A stretch of DNA of 10,791 bases from Gemmatimonadota bacterium (GTDB taxonomy: Bacteria > Gemmatimonadota > Gemmatimonadetes > Longimicrobiales > Gaopeijiaceae): contig JBDHHQ010000177.1 in assembly GCA_039589315.1 (NCBI GenBank), positions 1 through 10,791 on the forward strand. Direction: 5' to 3'. Under the pieces are notes generated by a model. It was given only the letters and a program-made list of their open reading frames with translations. It was not told the DNA's origin and did not search any database. A program made the position numbers and the translations under genes. Shown here in pieces: positions 1 to 8,507 of this stretch (position 1 is the first letter of the stretch; each line of letters starts with the position of its first letter).

Positions 1-39
1 CCTCCAGGAGATCCACGACCGGTCGCTGTGGCAGGTGCT
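1..39. repeat. Terminal direct repeat, copy 1 (39 bp)
   Basis: CCTCCAGGAGATCCACGACCGGTCGCTGTGGCAGGTGCT is identical to 10753-10791. Confidence 0.97.
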
Positions 40-2257
40 GGGCATCTACCTCGCCGGCTCGTGGCTCGTGCTCCAAGTCGTGGACACGCTGAACTCCACC
101 GTCGGGATGCCCGATTGGGTAATCAAGGCGACCTTCGTCCTCCTCCTCATCGGTCTCCCGATCGTTATGGTCACCGCGTTCGTGCAGCGGGGCTGGCGGG
201 GCAGGGCGGAGAGAGACGTTGATACCACCGCAGTTGGCCGGCGACGGCAGGTGTGGAGCTGGCGGAACGCGCTCCTCGGAGGTGTCGGCGCGTTTGCGCT
301 CCTCGGCGTCGGGACGGCGGCCTGGCTGATCATGCGGACGGCCGGGATCGGACCGGCCGGCACGCTCGTGGCCAAGGGCGTGCTGGAGGATCGCTCTCTC
401 GTCATCCTCTCCGACTTCGAGTCTGACGATGAGGCGCTCGGGCGGGCGGCCACGGAAGCGTTCCGCGTCGACCTCTCCCAGTCGAACGTGCTCCGTCTGG
501 CCGACGCGGGCCTGATCCGGGACGCCCGGGTGCGCATGGAGTTGGATCCTGAGGCTTCGCTCGATTTGGAGCTGGCCCGCCAGCTGGCCGAGAGAGAGGG
601 TATGGCCGCCGTTATCGGCGGCGAGATCAATGCTGCCGGGGGAAGCTATTTGCTCTCGGCGAGCGTAGTCACGCCCGCGTCGGGTGAAGGGCTGACTGCG
701 CAACGCGAGACGGCGAAGGACTCCAGCGACATCATCCCCGCCATCGATCGACTGTCCCGCAAGCTACGGGAGCGCATCGGTGAATCGCTGAGAGACATCG
801 GTGCCAGCCCTCCCTTGGAGCGTGTCACCACGGATAACCTCGAGGCGCTGCGCAAGTTCTCGCAGGGCATCCGGCTCAGTCAGTCACTCGGACCAAACGA
901 CCGGTCGCGGGCGTTCTTCGAAGAGGCCGTCTCCATCGACACAGCATTCGCGAGCGCGTGGCGGGCGCTCGGCGTCGACCTCCGCAACACGGGCCAGGAG
1001 CGCGCCCGCATGGTCGATGCTCTCTCTCTCGCGGTTGCGCACGAAGATCGGCTGACGGAGACCGAGCGTCATCGGGCGCGGGGCATCTACTTCTCGACCG
1101 TGACGGGCGAGCCGGAGAAGGCCGTACGGGAGTACGAGAGCCTCCTCGAGCTCGAGCCCGACCACCGCTCGGCGTTGATCGGCGCCGGAGTGGCATACGG
1201 AGAGCTGCGGGATTTCGAGCGAGCGGCCGAATACTACCAACGGGCTCGCGATGCGCATCCGGGTACGTGGCTCTCACATTACAACCTGGTAGAGTTGCTA
1301 TCGGATCTCGGCCGCTTCGAAGAAGCCGAGGCCGCCCTCGATTCGGCCCGGGTCCTCTTCGGTGAGTCGGACGCACTGCGCTGGACGGTCGGTCAACTCG
1401 CTGCTACACGGCAGGACTATCGAGAGGCCGTGGCGCTGCAGACCGCTTTGTGGGAAGAGCTCCAGAGCAGCCTCGTTTTCCGGGCGTTGCTCGCCTCCGA
1501 CCTGGCATCCCTGGTCGCTGTTCAGGGACGTCTGGCCGAGGCCGACGCCTTCATCACCGATGGCATGGATGCCAACGAGTCGCGGGGGGTGAGCGGCGAA
1601 GTCATCGAGGACGCGATCCAGGGCGGGTGGATCGATGTGGCAGTTCGCCGCGATCCCTTGTCTGCTCTCCAACGCGTCGAAGCGGCGCTGGAGCTGCACG
1701 CGCTGGAGGACATGGACGCCCTCGACCGCCCCTACCTGGAGCTCGCCGAGCTGTTCGCCGCGGCGGGCCAGCCGGGTCGAGCCCGGATTCTGCTCGACCA
1801 GTTCGACGCCGAAGTGCCCGTGGAGCTGCGCGGGGGGATCGAGTCGGACCTCGACCGCGCCGCCGCCGAGGTCGCGCTGGCCGAGGGTGACCATGCCGGG
1901 GCGGTAGAGTTGTTTCGACGCTCGGACAAGGGCTACTGCATTCTCTGTCCGCTTCCCGGCCTGGCGCGCGCCTACGAGGCGTCGGCCCAGCCAGACTCCG
2001 CAATCGTCTCGCTCGAGAAATACGTCAACTCGACCTGGTTCTATCGCTTCTTCGGTGAGGACTACGGGCTGGGAGCGCTGCTCGGACCGAGCCTCGAGCG
2101 ACTCGCGCAGCTTTACGACGAGGCGGGAGACCCCGAGAGCGCGGCGCCCTACTACGCGCGATTCGTGGAGCTGTGGGAGGATGCGGACGCGCCACTCCAG
2201 CCGCGCGTGCAGGCCGCGCAACGGCGGCTCGAGCAGATCATCGACGCACGGGGGTAG
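2..2257 (+). CDS. Membrane-anchored tetratricopeptide repeat protein (3 N-terminal TM helices, TolB-N/CsgG-like alpha/beta domain, TPRs); 5'-partial at the window edge
   Basis: The frame is open from nt 2 (LQEIHDRSLWQVLGIYLAGSWLVLQVV...). It has three hydrophobic segments, a 'VILSDF...LARQLAEREG..AVIGGEI...GGSYLLSASVV' segment, then TPR-like helices (AVREYESLLELEPDH, AAEYYQRARDAHP, NLVELLSDLGRFEEAE). The start is probably TTG at 10742 if the ends join, giving about 755 aa. Confidence 0.88.
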   Translation, partial: LQEIHDRSLWQVLGIYLAGSWLVLQVVDTLNSTVGMPDWVIKATFVLLLIGLPIVMVTAFVQRGWRGRAERDVDTTAVGRRRQVWSWRNALLGGVGAFALLGVGTAAWLIMRTAGIGPAGTLVAKGVLEDRSLVILSDFESDDEALGRAATEAFRVDLSQSNVLRLADAGLIRDARVRMELDPEASLDLELARQLAEREGMAAVIGGEINAAGGSYLLSASVVTPASGEGLTAQRETAKDSSDIIPAIDRLSRKLRERIGESLRDIGASPPLERVTTDNLEALRKFSQGIRLSQSLGPNDRSRAFFEEAVSIDTAFASAWRALGVDLRNTGQERARMVDALSLAVAHEDRLTETERHRARGIYFSTVTGEPEKAVREYESLLELEPDHRSALIGAGVAYGELRDFERAAEYYQRARDAHPGTWLSHYNLVELLSDLGRFEEAEAALDSARVLFGESDALRWTVGQLAATRQDYREAVALQTALWEELQSSLVFRALLASDLASLVAVQGRLAEADAFITDGMDANESRGVSGEVIEDAIQGGWIDVAVRRDPLSALQRVEAALELHALEDMDALDRPYLELAELFAAAGQPGRARILLDQFDAEVPVELRGGIESDLDRAAAEVALAEGDHAGAVELFRRSDKGYCILCPLPGLARAYEASAQPDSAIVSLEKYVNSTWFYRFFGEDYGLGALLGPSLERLAQLYDEAGDPESAAPYYARFVELWEDADAPLQPRVQAAQRRLEQIIDARG

Positions 2258-2258
2258 G

Positions 2259-2513
2259 ATCAGGTGGGCTGATATACCGGAGCATTCCTGGCTCGAGGAT
2301 CGTGCTCTGGCACGTGTTCCAGCGCCCCCTCGAGCAGGTAGAAGATCTCGGTCGGTTCGTGCGGATGATCGCCCGAGTTGGTGCCGGGTGGGCAGGTGAT
2401 CACGCCGATGTCGACCGGAACGTTCCGAGCTCCGCCATCCTTGATCTGGCCGACGCCGAATCGGAAGCCACGGTGAGCTACACACCGAATGCGGCAGCCG
2501 AAAGCGCCAGCAG
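2259..2513 (-). pseudogene. Degraded secreted cupin-domain gene
   Basis: The minus strand reads VPVDIGVITCPPGTNSGDHPHEPTEIFYLLEGALEHV (cupin motif 1, HxH-x3-E-x-FY-x-LEG). It shifts frame at ~2310 to QSTILEPGMLRYISPPD and ends against the TPR gene stop. Upstream is a signal-peptide-like LLALSAAAFGV*LTVASDSASA with an in-frame TAG at 2478-2480. Confidence 0.72.
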
Positions 2514-2519
2514 CTATCT

Positions 2520-2693
2520 GTAGACGAAGGCTCGATCCAGGCGGATCGGGCGGCTTCCGACGACGGGACCGTGCGGATCGAGGGCCGCTTCGAGGGCCGC
2601 TTACGGACCCGCGGCGGCGATCAGCTCATCCGGATCGAGGACGGACGCTTCGCGGTGGAGGGCATCCCGCGGAGCGCGCTGCTCCGTCCCTGA
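2520..2693 (+). pseudogene. Orphan 3' fragment of an unidentified gene
   Basis: It has 57 sense codons with GC3-rich usage (VDEGSIQADRAASDDGTVRIEGRFEGRLRTRGGDQLIRIEDGRFAVEGIPRSALLRP*) and a beta-strand-like pattern. There is no start or RBS, and an in-frame TGA lies upstream at 2442. Confidence 0.45.
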
Positions 2694-2850
2694 GCGGGGA
2701 TCCTGAAGCGCCCCGACCTGCGAAGGGTGTCGCCGGGGGCTTCGGGCGCCCGCTCCCGATCGGATACCCGCAGCCCTGGCACTGGCCAGGCGCGATAGGT
2801 ACGAATTCGATCGGGTCACCCGCGCACAGCGCGCTTGGACGGAGGCCGGC

Positions 2851-3255
2851 CTACCCCCCGCACGCCTCCACCAGCGCCGCCGCCGTCGAGACGGTGCCCG
2901 GCGACGGATCGGTCGGCACGGCGGTGTTGGGCCTCGTCACCGTCGCGTTGGGGGCGGGGTCGAGGCGATACGCCGTGACCCTGGCCTCCAACTCGTCCGG
3001 GGAGACCGCGGACACCTGGATGAACTCCCGGCGAGTGGCGATCTCACCAGCCAGGATCCGTACCTCGCCCTCGAGAACGCCTCCGTCCCAGCCCAGGTCG
3101 TAGTCGGCGGCGCGCAGCCTGTCCTCTGCGCACTCCATGGACTCGGCCCGGAGCGGGCCGCTGAACGACACCGGGGGCACGCCGCCCCCGCATGCCAGGG
3201 CCGAAATCAAAAGGGCCGGTGCCCACACGCGCTCTCCTACATGGATGCCGCCCAT
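2851..3255 (-). CDS. Small putative lipoprotein (134 aa), function unknown
   Basis: AGGAGG RBS lies 5 nt before the ATG at 3255. A hydrophobic stretch APALLISALA is followed by a lipobox-like LA-C-GG. Two further Cys (ECA, EACGG*) could form a disulfide. Confidence 0.72.
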   Translation of the reverse strand: MGGIHVGERVWAPALLISALACGGGVPPVSFSGPLRAESMECAEDRLRAADYDLGWDGGVLEGEVRILAGEIATRREFIQVSAVSPDELEARVTAYRLDPAPNATVTRPNTAVPTDPSPGTVSTAAALVEACGG

Positions 3256-3368
3256 CACTTCCTCCTGCCGAGATTCGTCCGAGGTCAATGTGGTCGTGAA
3301 GGTCGATCTAGTCTGAGACGGGCGCTTGCGGTTGAGGGTTTCGGCGGTTGCGCTCGAAGCGATTCGAC

Positions 3369-6301
3369 TCACCCCACCGGGCCCAGATACTCGTCCAGCC
3401 AGGGCAGCACGTCACGGAGGAACTGGCCGCGCGGGAGGGGCCCGTGGCCCATGTCGTACAGAATGTACCGCTTGTGCTCGGCAGGAGTCCCCAACTGGTC
3501 GAACAGCGGCTGGGCCGACGTCTCGACCGGGAGGACGTAGTCGTAGCGGCCGCCGATCATGAGCACCGGGATCGTCACCCGCGGAACGTAGTTGGCCGCG
3601 TCGGCCTCGGGCGGAAGCTCCCGATACGTATATCCGGGCAAATACAGCAGCGCCGCGCTGAGGCGGTCCTCCAGGCTGAGCAGCGCGAGGGGGGTCGAGG
3701 ATCCGAAGCTGGTGCCGACATACCCGACCCGGTCCGACTGGATGTCGTCGCGCGTCTCGAGATAGTCGATCGTGCGTCCCAGCTCCGATACCCAGTCGGC
3801 CATCCTAGCTCGGAACGTGCGCGTGTATTCCTCGCCGGCCAGCGACAGGAACCCATCCCACCGGTCGTACGACCCCTTCCAAATCGGAAAGGCCACGGCT
3901 CTCCCGCTTCGAACGATGGACGTTACGACGTACGAACTGGCCGCGACCATGATGTCGCGGGTGGGTCGCGTGCGCCTGGTCTGAAACGGTCCCAGTCCGG
4001 TGAAGTAGACGAGCGGTCGGTACGGAGGCTGCGATGATTTCGGAAGGTACAGATAGACGCTGAAGCGCTCGTCACCCGACCCGGCATCGAGCGTCACGTG
4101 CTCCATCGTCCAATCCTCGGACGCGTCGTAGACCTCTTCGACGCGGGCGTCCAGCGGCGACGGCACGTACTTCATCTGGCTCCGGTAGATCTCGAACACC
4201 TCGTCCGAAACCGCGACGGCGTTCCGGTAGTCGCGGGGCTGCAGCTCGACCGGTGCCATCACGCTGTCCCGTGGCTGCCCCTCCAGGTACTTCACGCCCC
4301 GGAAGCCGTTGCGACGGGACCGGTCGAACGGGGGTGACGTGAACCGCACGCTGTGCATGCGCGAATCGTCGTCCCACGCCCCGCCCATCAGCCAGCGGTG
4401 ATCGCCCGACGCGGTCCAGCACCACTCCTTCACGTTACCGGCGGTATCCAGCGTCCCGTGAGGTCCCATGGCTCCACTGCTCCCGACGGGCATGGGGCCT
4501 TCGCCGTGGAAGTTGGCGAACGGCAGCATCTCGCTGGTGAGCGAACCGCTGATGCTGTGGGCCTCCTGGGCCGCACGGGCCCAATGGTAGAGCGTGGGAA
4601 GCGACTTGTCCCTGAAGCGGAGATACGCCACCGCCTCGTACCAGCTCACGCCCCTGACGGGATGGTCACCCTGACCCGCGGGGTAATCGCCGAGCTCCCA
4701 TCCCTCGGGGCCCGGGCGCCCGCTCGTGTCCACGAACCCGGCCATCGTCTGGTCCCAAGACAGCACCCTGCCGTCGCGGACGAACTCGAGTCCGTCCCAG
4801 TACTCCGGGGTCTCGTATCCTCCGGCGTCGACGAACTCCTTGTACGCTTCGTTCGTCACCTCGTGACGGTCGATGAGATAGGGTGCCAGATCGATCTGCG
4901 CCGCCGAGTTGAAGCCCGTGATGCGGATGCCGTAGCTGCCCCCGGGTACGAGAACCATGTCGGCGGGGATGCTCCCGGCTTCGCTCAGCGTAATGACCGG
5001 TGACGACGCGCGACCGAAATAGAAGCCGGGCACGGCGGACGCGAGCAGCCGCGGCTCATGGCCCTCCGCCTCGACGCGCAGCTGAACGGCGACCGAGCGG
5101 GGCAGCCTCACGGCCTCGAGCGGCGATTGTCCGAGAAGACGCCACTCGGCGGCGGGATCGGAGTACGGTCGGACGTATACGGCCACGCCCGGTGGGTCCG
5201 TGATGATGGCGCCCGTGACGGCCGCTCGCTCCATCCCCTGGGCCAGGATCGGGTCATCGGGGATGCGGCGCTCGATCTGCTGGCCGAGGTCGAAGGCAGC
5301 CGCATAGTCGTCCTGGTCGAGCATCGCGAGCATCTGGGGCACGCCCTCCTCCCGCGCCCAGCGGGCGTCGGCCCCGCGGTCGATCGCGAACACGGCCACG
5401 GCCCCGATCGCGACGACCCCCGCCACGAGCGGGACCGCGACTGCCGGCCGGCGGAACACCGCCCACGGGCTGGCCGCCTGCGCCATGGTCGGTGTGGGTC
5501 CAGTCATCGCCAGGCGACACGCCTCGAGCTCCTCGACCAGCTCGTCGGCCGACCCCGTGCGCCTGGCCGGGTCCTTCACGAGCGCGCCCATGATCGCGCG
5601 CTCGACGTCCTCGGGGATCTCCGCCCGCAGCGAGTGAGGCGCCTCCGGCTCGGCGTTCGAGATCGCGGCCATGACGACCCAGTGACTGTCGCCCGGGAAC
5701 GGCCGCGTGCCTGTGAGCATCTCGTAGACACGTCGCTCTTCTGGTCGGCCGGTTTCCCTTCCACCTGCTCGGGCGACATGTAGGACACGGTGCCCAGCGT
5801 GGTACCGGTCTGCGTGGGTCCGGTCACGTCCATGAGCTTGGCGATCCCGAAGTCGACGATCTTCAGGAAGCCGTCGCTCGTGACCATGAGGTTCGCGGGC
5901 TTGACGTCGCGGTGCACGATACCGTTGGCGTGCGCCTTGGCCAGTCCCTGTCCGATCTGGATGGCCAGGTCCAGCGCCGCCTTCACCGGTAACGGCCCCC
6001 GCGAGATCCGCGCCTTGAGCGTCTCGCCGTCGTAGAACGCCATGGCAATGAACAGCTTGCCGTCGGGCGCGGAGTCGATCTCGTGGATCGTGCAGATGTT
6101 GGGATGGTCCAGCGCGGAGGCCGCCTGCGCTTCCTGCATGAAGCGTTGACGGGCGTCGTCGTCGCGGGTCAGCTCGGGCGGGAGGAACTTGAGCGCGACG
6201 TGGCGGTTGAGCTTCGTGTCGAGCGCCTTGTACACGACGCCCATCCCGCCGCCGCCGAGTCGCTCCCCGATCTCGTAATGGGAAAGGCGCTGGCCTTCCA
6301 T
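3369..6301 (-). pseudogene. Frameshifted Ser/Thr protein kinase - TM - PEGA-like - FGE/SUMF1-sulfatase-modifying-factor-like - alpha/beta hydrolase fusion
   Basis: ATG at 6301. Hanks motifs GGGGMGVVY, VALK, HRDVKPAN, DFG and YMSPEQ are present. The frame switches at ~5727 between SDV and YEMLTG. Then follow TM PLVAGVVAIGAVAVFAI, FGE motifs (IDRHEVTN, HPVRGVSWYEA, LPT, DTAGNVKEW, GFRGV) and hydrolase motifs (GTSFG nucleophile elbow, GGRYD, GHG). Confidence 0.88.
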
Positions 6302-6625
6302 CGGGCGTTCCCTTTCCTGCGAGTCGGTGCGTGAGCATCGACCGCCGAGAGTAATGACCGAGAGCAAAGAGATAATATGCTCCGGGGCGGCGTTTCGCTC
6401 GTCCGGCGTGAATGGCGGAGACGGCCTTGACCGCTCCCCGTGGGCGTGGGCGCGAGCGCACCGCCCGTGGCACGGTCTGGAGGTTCGAGCTGCCCACGTT
6501 ACTTCGAGAAGGACCTAATCGAGTCCACGTCTATTAGTCCCGATCAACGCGAGCCACCGGACGTTGATGTGCGGAGAGACGCCGATCGTTCGGGCTCGGC
6601 GCCCTAGGCGAGTTGGCCGAAGGGT

Positions 6626-6680
6626 CTACCCGCCGCACGCTTCCACCAGCGCCACCGTCGTCGAGAGCGTGCTTGCCGAC
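6626..6680 (-). pseudogene. 3' remnant of a paralogue of the 2851-3255 lipoprotein
   Basis: 46/55 nt are identical to 2851-2905 by manual alignment. It encodes SASTLSTTVALVEACGG* versus SPGTVSTAAALVEACGG*. Confidence 0.8.
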
Positions 6681-6736
6681 TTCGGGCGTCAAATCGTTGA
6701 ATACGCGAAGGGGTGGGAAGGTTGAAGGGGTCGCGG

Positions 6737-6790
6737 GAGACCCTGGTCGCCGAAGACGATCAGGTGGGCTTCTGGGCCACGTGAGGGTCA
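6737..6790 (+). pseudogene. Possible internal fragment of a SnoaL-like/ester cyclase gene
   Basis: ETLVAEDDQVGFWAT* resembles the LVAEGDxV motif of ester cyclases. The match is short and from recall only. Confidence 0.3.
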
Positions 6791-6900
6791 CGCGGCTGCC
6801 GGGAAACACCTCGCCGAGCCAGCCGTCCGGCCCGCGCTTGCGGAGTCCCGGAGGCCGGTGGGAACTTGACGGCCTCGCAACCCCAGCCCCGGGCTCCCGC

Positions 6901-6989
6901 ATGTCGCAAGAAATCGATCGTCTCAACGAAGCCCTTGGGGCTGCTACCGCGTCGAGCGAGAGATCGGCGAAGGCGGAATGGCCATCTAC
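6901..6989 (+). pseudogene. N-terminal fragment of a second Ser/Thr kinase
   Basis: MSQEIDRLNEALG, then a 1-nt frameshift at ~6940, then YRVEREIGEGGMA, the glycine-rich loop of subdomain I. Nothing of the kinase follows. Confidence 0.78.
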
Positions 6990-7019
6990 GTTGAGTCCTA
7001 CAAGCAGGGAGGAGTGAAC

Positions 7020-7421
7020 ATGGACCTCGCTGCACAGATCCGACAGAACACCCGTTCGATCCGAGCTGCCACCTACCACTCCCTCGTAGGCACGTCCATC
7101 GACCTGCTGCAGAGCATCTACGTGAACGCGGACGTGGCGCAGATCCTCGCCAAGATGCAGACGGGTGCCAGCCTCGCGGACCTGGAGCCCCTGGAGCAAG
7201 CGCGGGCGGGACCGGCGTTGCTGGCCGCATTCCGGAGCTTTGACAACGTCCTGTATCAGTACCGGAACGGAATGCTCGATTCCGAGATGTGGGAGGGGTA
7301 CCGACAAGTCATGCACAACTACGCCCGCATCCCCGCCTGGGCGGAATGGTTGCGGGCCAACCGCGGCCTCTTCACCCCCTGGCTGTACGAGGAGCTGGCG
7401 CCGTCGCTCGACTCCGAATGA
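7020..7421 (+). CDS. Hypothetical protein of the 'LAxQIRQNT' small membrane-anchored family, apparently lacking its N-terminal TM helix (133 aa)
   Basis: Strong GGAGGAG RBS 5 nt before ATG 7020. Sequence MDLAAQIRQNTRSIRAATYHSL...FDNVLYQYRNGMLDSEMWEG...W..W...R..F.P. Codon usage is normal. Confidence 0.72.
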   Translation: MDLAAQIRQNTRSIRAATYHSLVGTSIDLLQSIYVNADVAQILAKMQTGASLADLEPLEQARAGPALLAAFRSFDNVLYQYRNGMLDSEMWEGYRQVMHNYARIPAWAEWLRANRGLFTPWLYEELAPSLDSE

Positions 7422-7493
7422 GGCGGCCGCACTCACTGCGGCTGACCGGCGCGCTCGCGGCCGCCAGATCGGCCGCAGCCGGAAGTCAGGACA

Positions 7494-7643
7494 TCACTCG
7501 TACCTGAGCGCCACCATGGGATCCACCCTCGACGCCCGACGGACCGGCAAGTAGCCCGCGGTGAACGCGACCAGAGCCAGCAGCACGGCCACGATCCCCA
7601 CCACCGGTAGGTTCCAGCCGTCCAGTTCGAACAGAAGCGACTC
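7494..7643 (-). pseudogene. 3' fragment of an ADOP/MacB-FtsX family ABC permease
   Basis: ESLLFELDGWNLPVVGIVAVLLALVAFTAGYLPVRRASRVDPMVALRYE* carries the canonical PxRRAxxVDPxxALRxE C-terminus. There is an in-frame TAG immediately upstream (7650-7652) and no start. Confidence 0.9.
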
Positions 7644-7803
7644 CTCTCGCTACCCGAGAACCCGACCCGTGGTCGCGAGATTCTCGACGGCTGGCTCTAC
7701 GTGACGGCGGCACCGCGATGAACCACCAGCAGCGTGTTGCTCGACTTTGGGGCGATGATGCGCTGCTTCGAGCTGCCGCTCGCCCAGATCTTCCGAGGGC
7801 TTC
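7641..7803 (+). pseudogene. Uma2 (DUF820) family endonuclease remnant with large internal deletion
   Basis: LLSLPENPTRGREILDGWLYVTAAP followed by HQ in a shifted frame matches the Uma2 N-terminal LP...E..DG.L...P...HQ motif. It is joined almost directly to a C-terminal-like FELPLAQIF. The PD-(D/E)xK core is absent and there is an in-frame TGA. Confidence 0.7.
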
Positions 7804-7924
7804 AGGTCAAGCTGCTCGCGGTCCCTCGAGGGCGTTGGGGCACACGGTCCGACCCGCGGTCCCTATCTTGGGGCGTGAACGCGCTCGACTGGGGCAACAC
7901 ACGACGGAGAGGAGGACGCCCAGC

Positions 7925-8359
7925 ATGAGGAATACCGTTATCGCGCTGATCGTCGGCATCGTGGTAGGAGCAGGCGGGGCGCGGCTCTATGCCCCGGCGC
8001 CCGCGTCTGAGCCTGCACCGGAGGTGGAGCTCGCGCCGGAGGCAGCCGCCGTCCTCCCCGACCTTCCCGAGCCCTACTACAAGGTGCTCTTCGAAAACGA
8101 CGCCGTACGCGTGGTGGAGCATCTGCTCGAGCCCGGGCAGACCGAGCCAGAGCACACGCACCCGCCCATGGTGGGCTACTTCGTGGAGGGCGCCACGGCG
8201 GTGATTACCGAGGCCGACGGCTCCACCGCGGAGGTGACGCTCCCCACGGGCGCCTTCGTGGAGAACCTGGTGTGGTGGACGCATTCCCTCGAGAATACGG
8301 GCGACACGCCGCTCCACTCGATCCTGGTCGAGTTCAAGCAGGAAGCGGTGGGAAGCTGA
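7925..8359 (+). CDS. Secreted or membrane-anchored cupin domain protein (144 aa)
   Basis: GAGGAGG RBS, hydrophobic N-terminus MRNTVIALIVGIVVGAGG, and cupin motifs YKVLFENDAVRV...LEPG..EP.HTHP and HSLENTGDTP...ILVEFK. Confidence 0.88.
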   Translation: MRNTVIALIVGIVVGAGGARLYAPAPASEPAPEVELAPEAAAVLPDLPEPYYKVLFENDAVRVVEHLLEPGQTEPEHTHPPMVGYFVEGATAVITEADGSTAEVTLPTGAFVENLVWWTHSLENTGDTPLHSILVEFKQEAVGS

Positions 8360-8507
8360 TGACGGGGCCGCCACGCGATTGCCATCCGGGCGCACTGTCC
8401 AACGAGTCCACGCGCAGACCCCGGCGCCAGCGTATGCCCGAAGCCTCAGAAGGGCGGAGCGGACGTGCGCTCGGCGTGTCCGTCTCGGGAATGAACGTCG
8501 GGAGCCA

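Noticed and set aside
2578..2602. Tandem 12-bp repeat TCGAGGGCCGCT x2
   Set aside because: Only two units, explained by the EGRF-EGRL coding of the gene fragment. It is not a CRISPR or iteron array.
3369..4900. FGE/CLec domain as a diversity-generating retroelement target
   Set aside because: No reverse transcriptase and no TR/VR repeat pair with adenine-specific mismatches in the window. The 2851/6626 repeat mismatches are not adenine-biased.
5730..6497. N-terminal part of the 1042-aa ORF and the 6367 start of the 263-aa ORF
   Set aside because: The first is an out-of-frame read of the kinase domain. The real start is ATG 6301, which has an RBS.
6450..6500. RGTVWRFELP as a histidine-kinase C-terminal remnant
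   Set aside because: Too short to support.
2258..6770. 13-bp exact repeat GATCAGGTGGGCT at 2258-2270 and 6758-6770 as a target-site duplication or att site
   Set aside because: About one such 13-mer match is expected by chance in 10.8 kb. Both copies lie in apparent coding remnants and no recombinase is present.
7422..7490. Imperfect palindrome CTGCGGCTGA...TCGGCCGCAG after the 7020-7421 gene as an integron attC site
   Set aside because: No RYYYAAC/GTTRRRY core sites, no similar sites after other genes, and no integrase.
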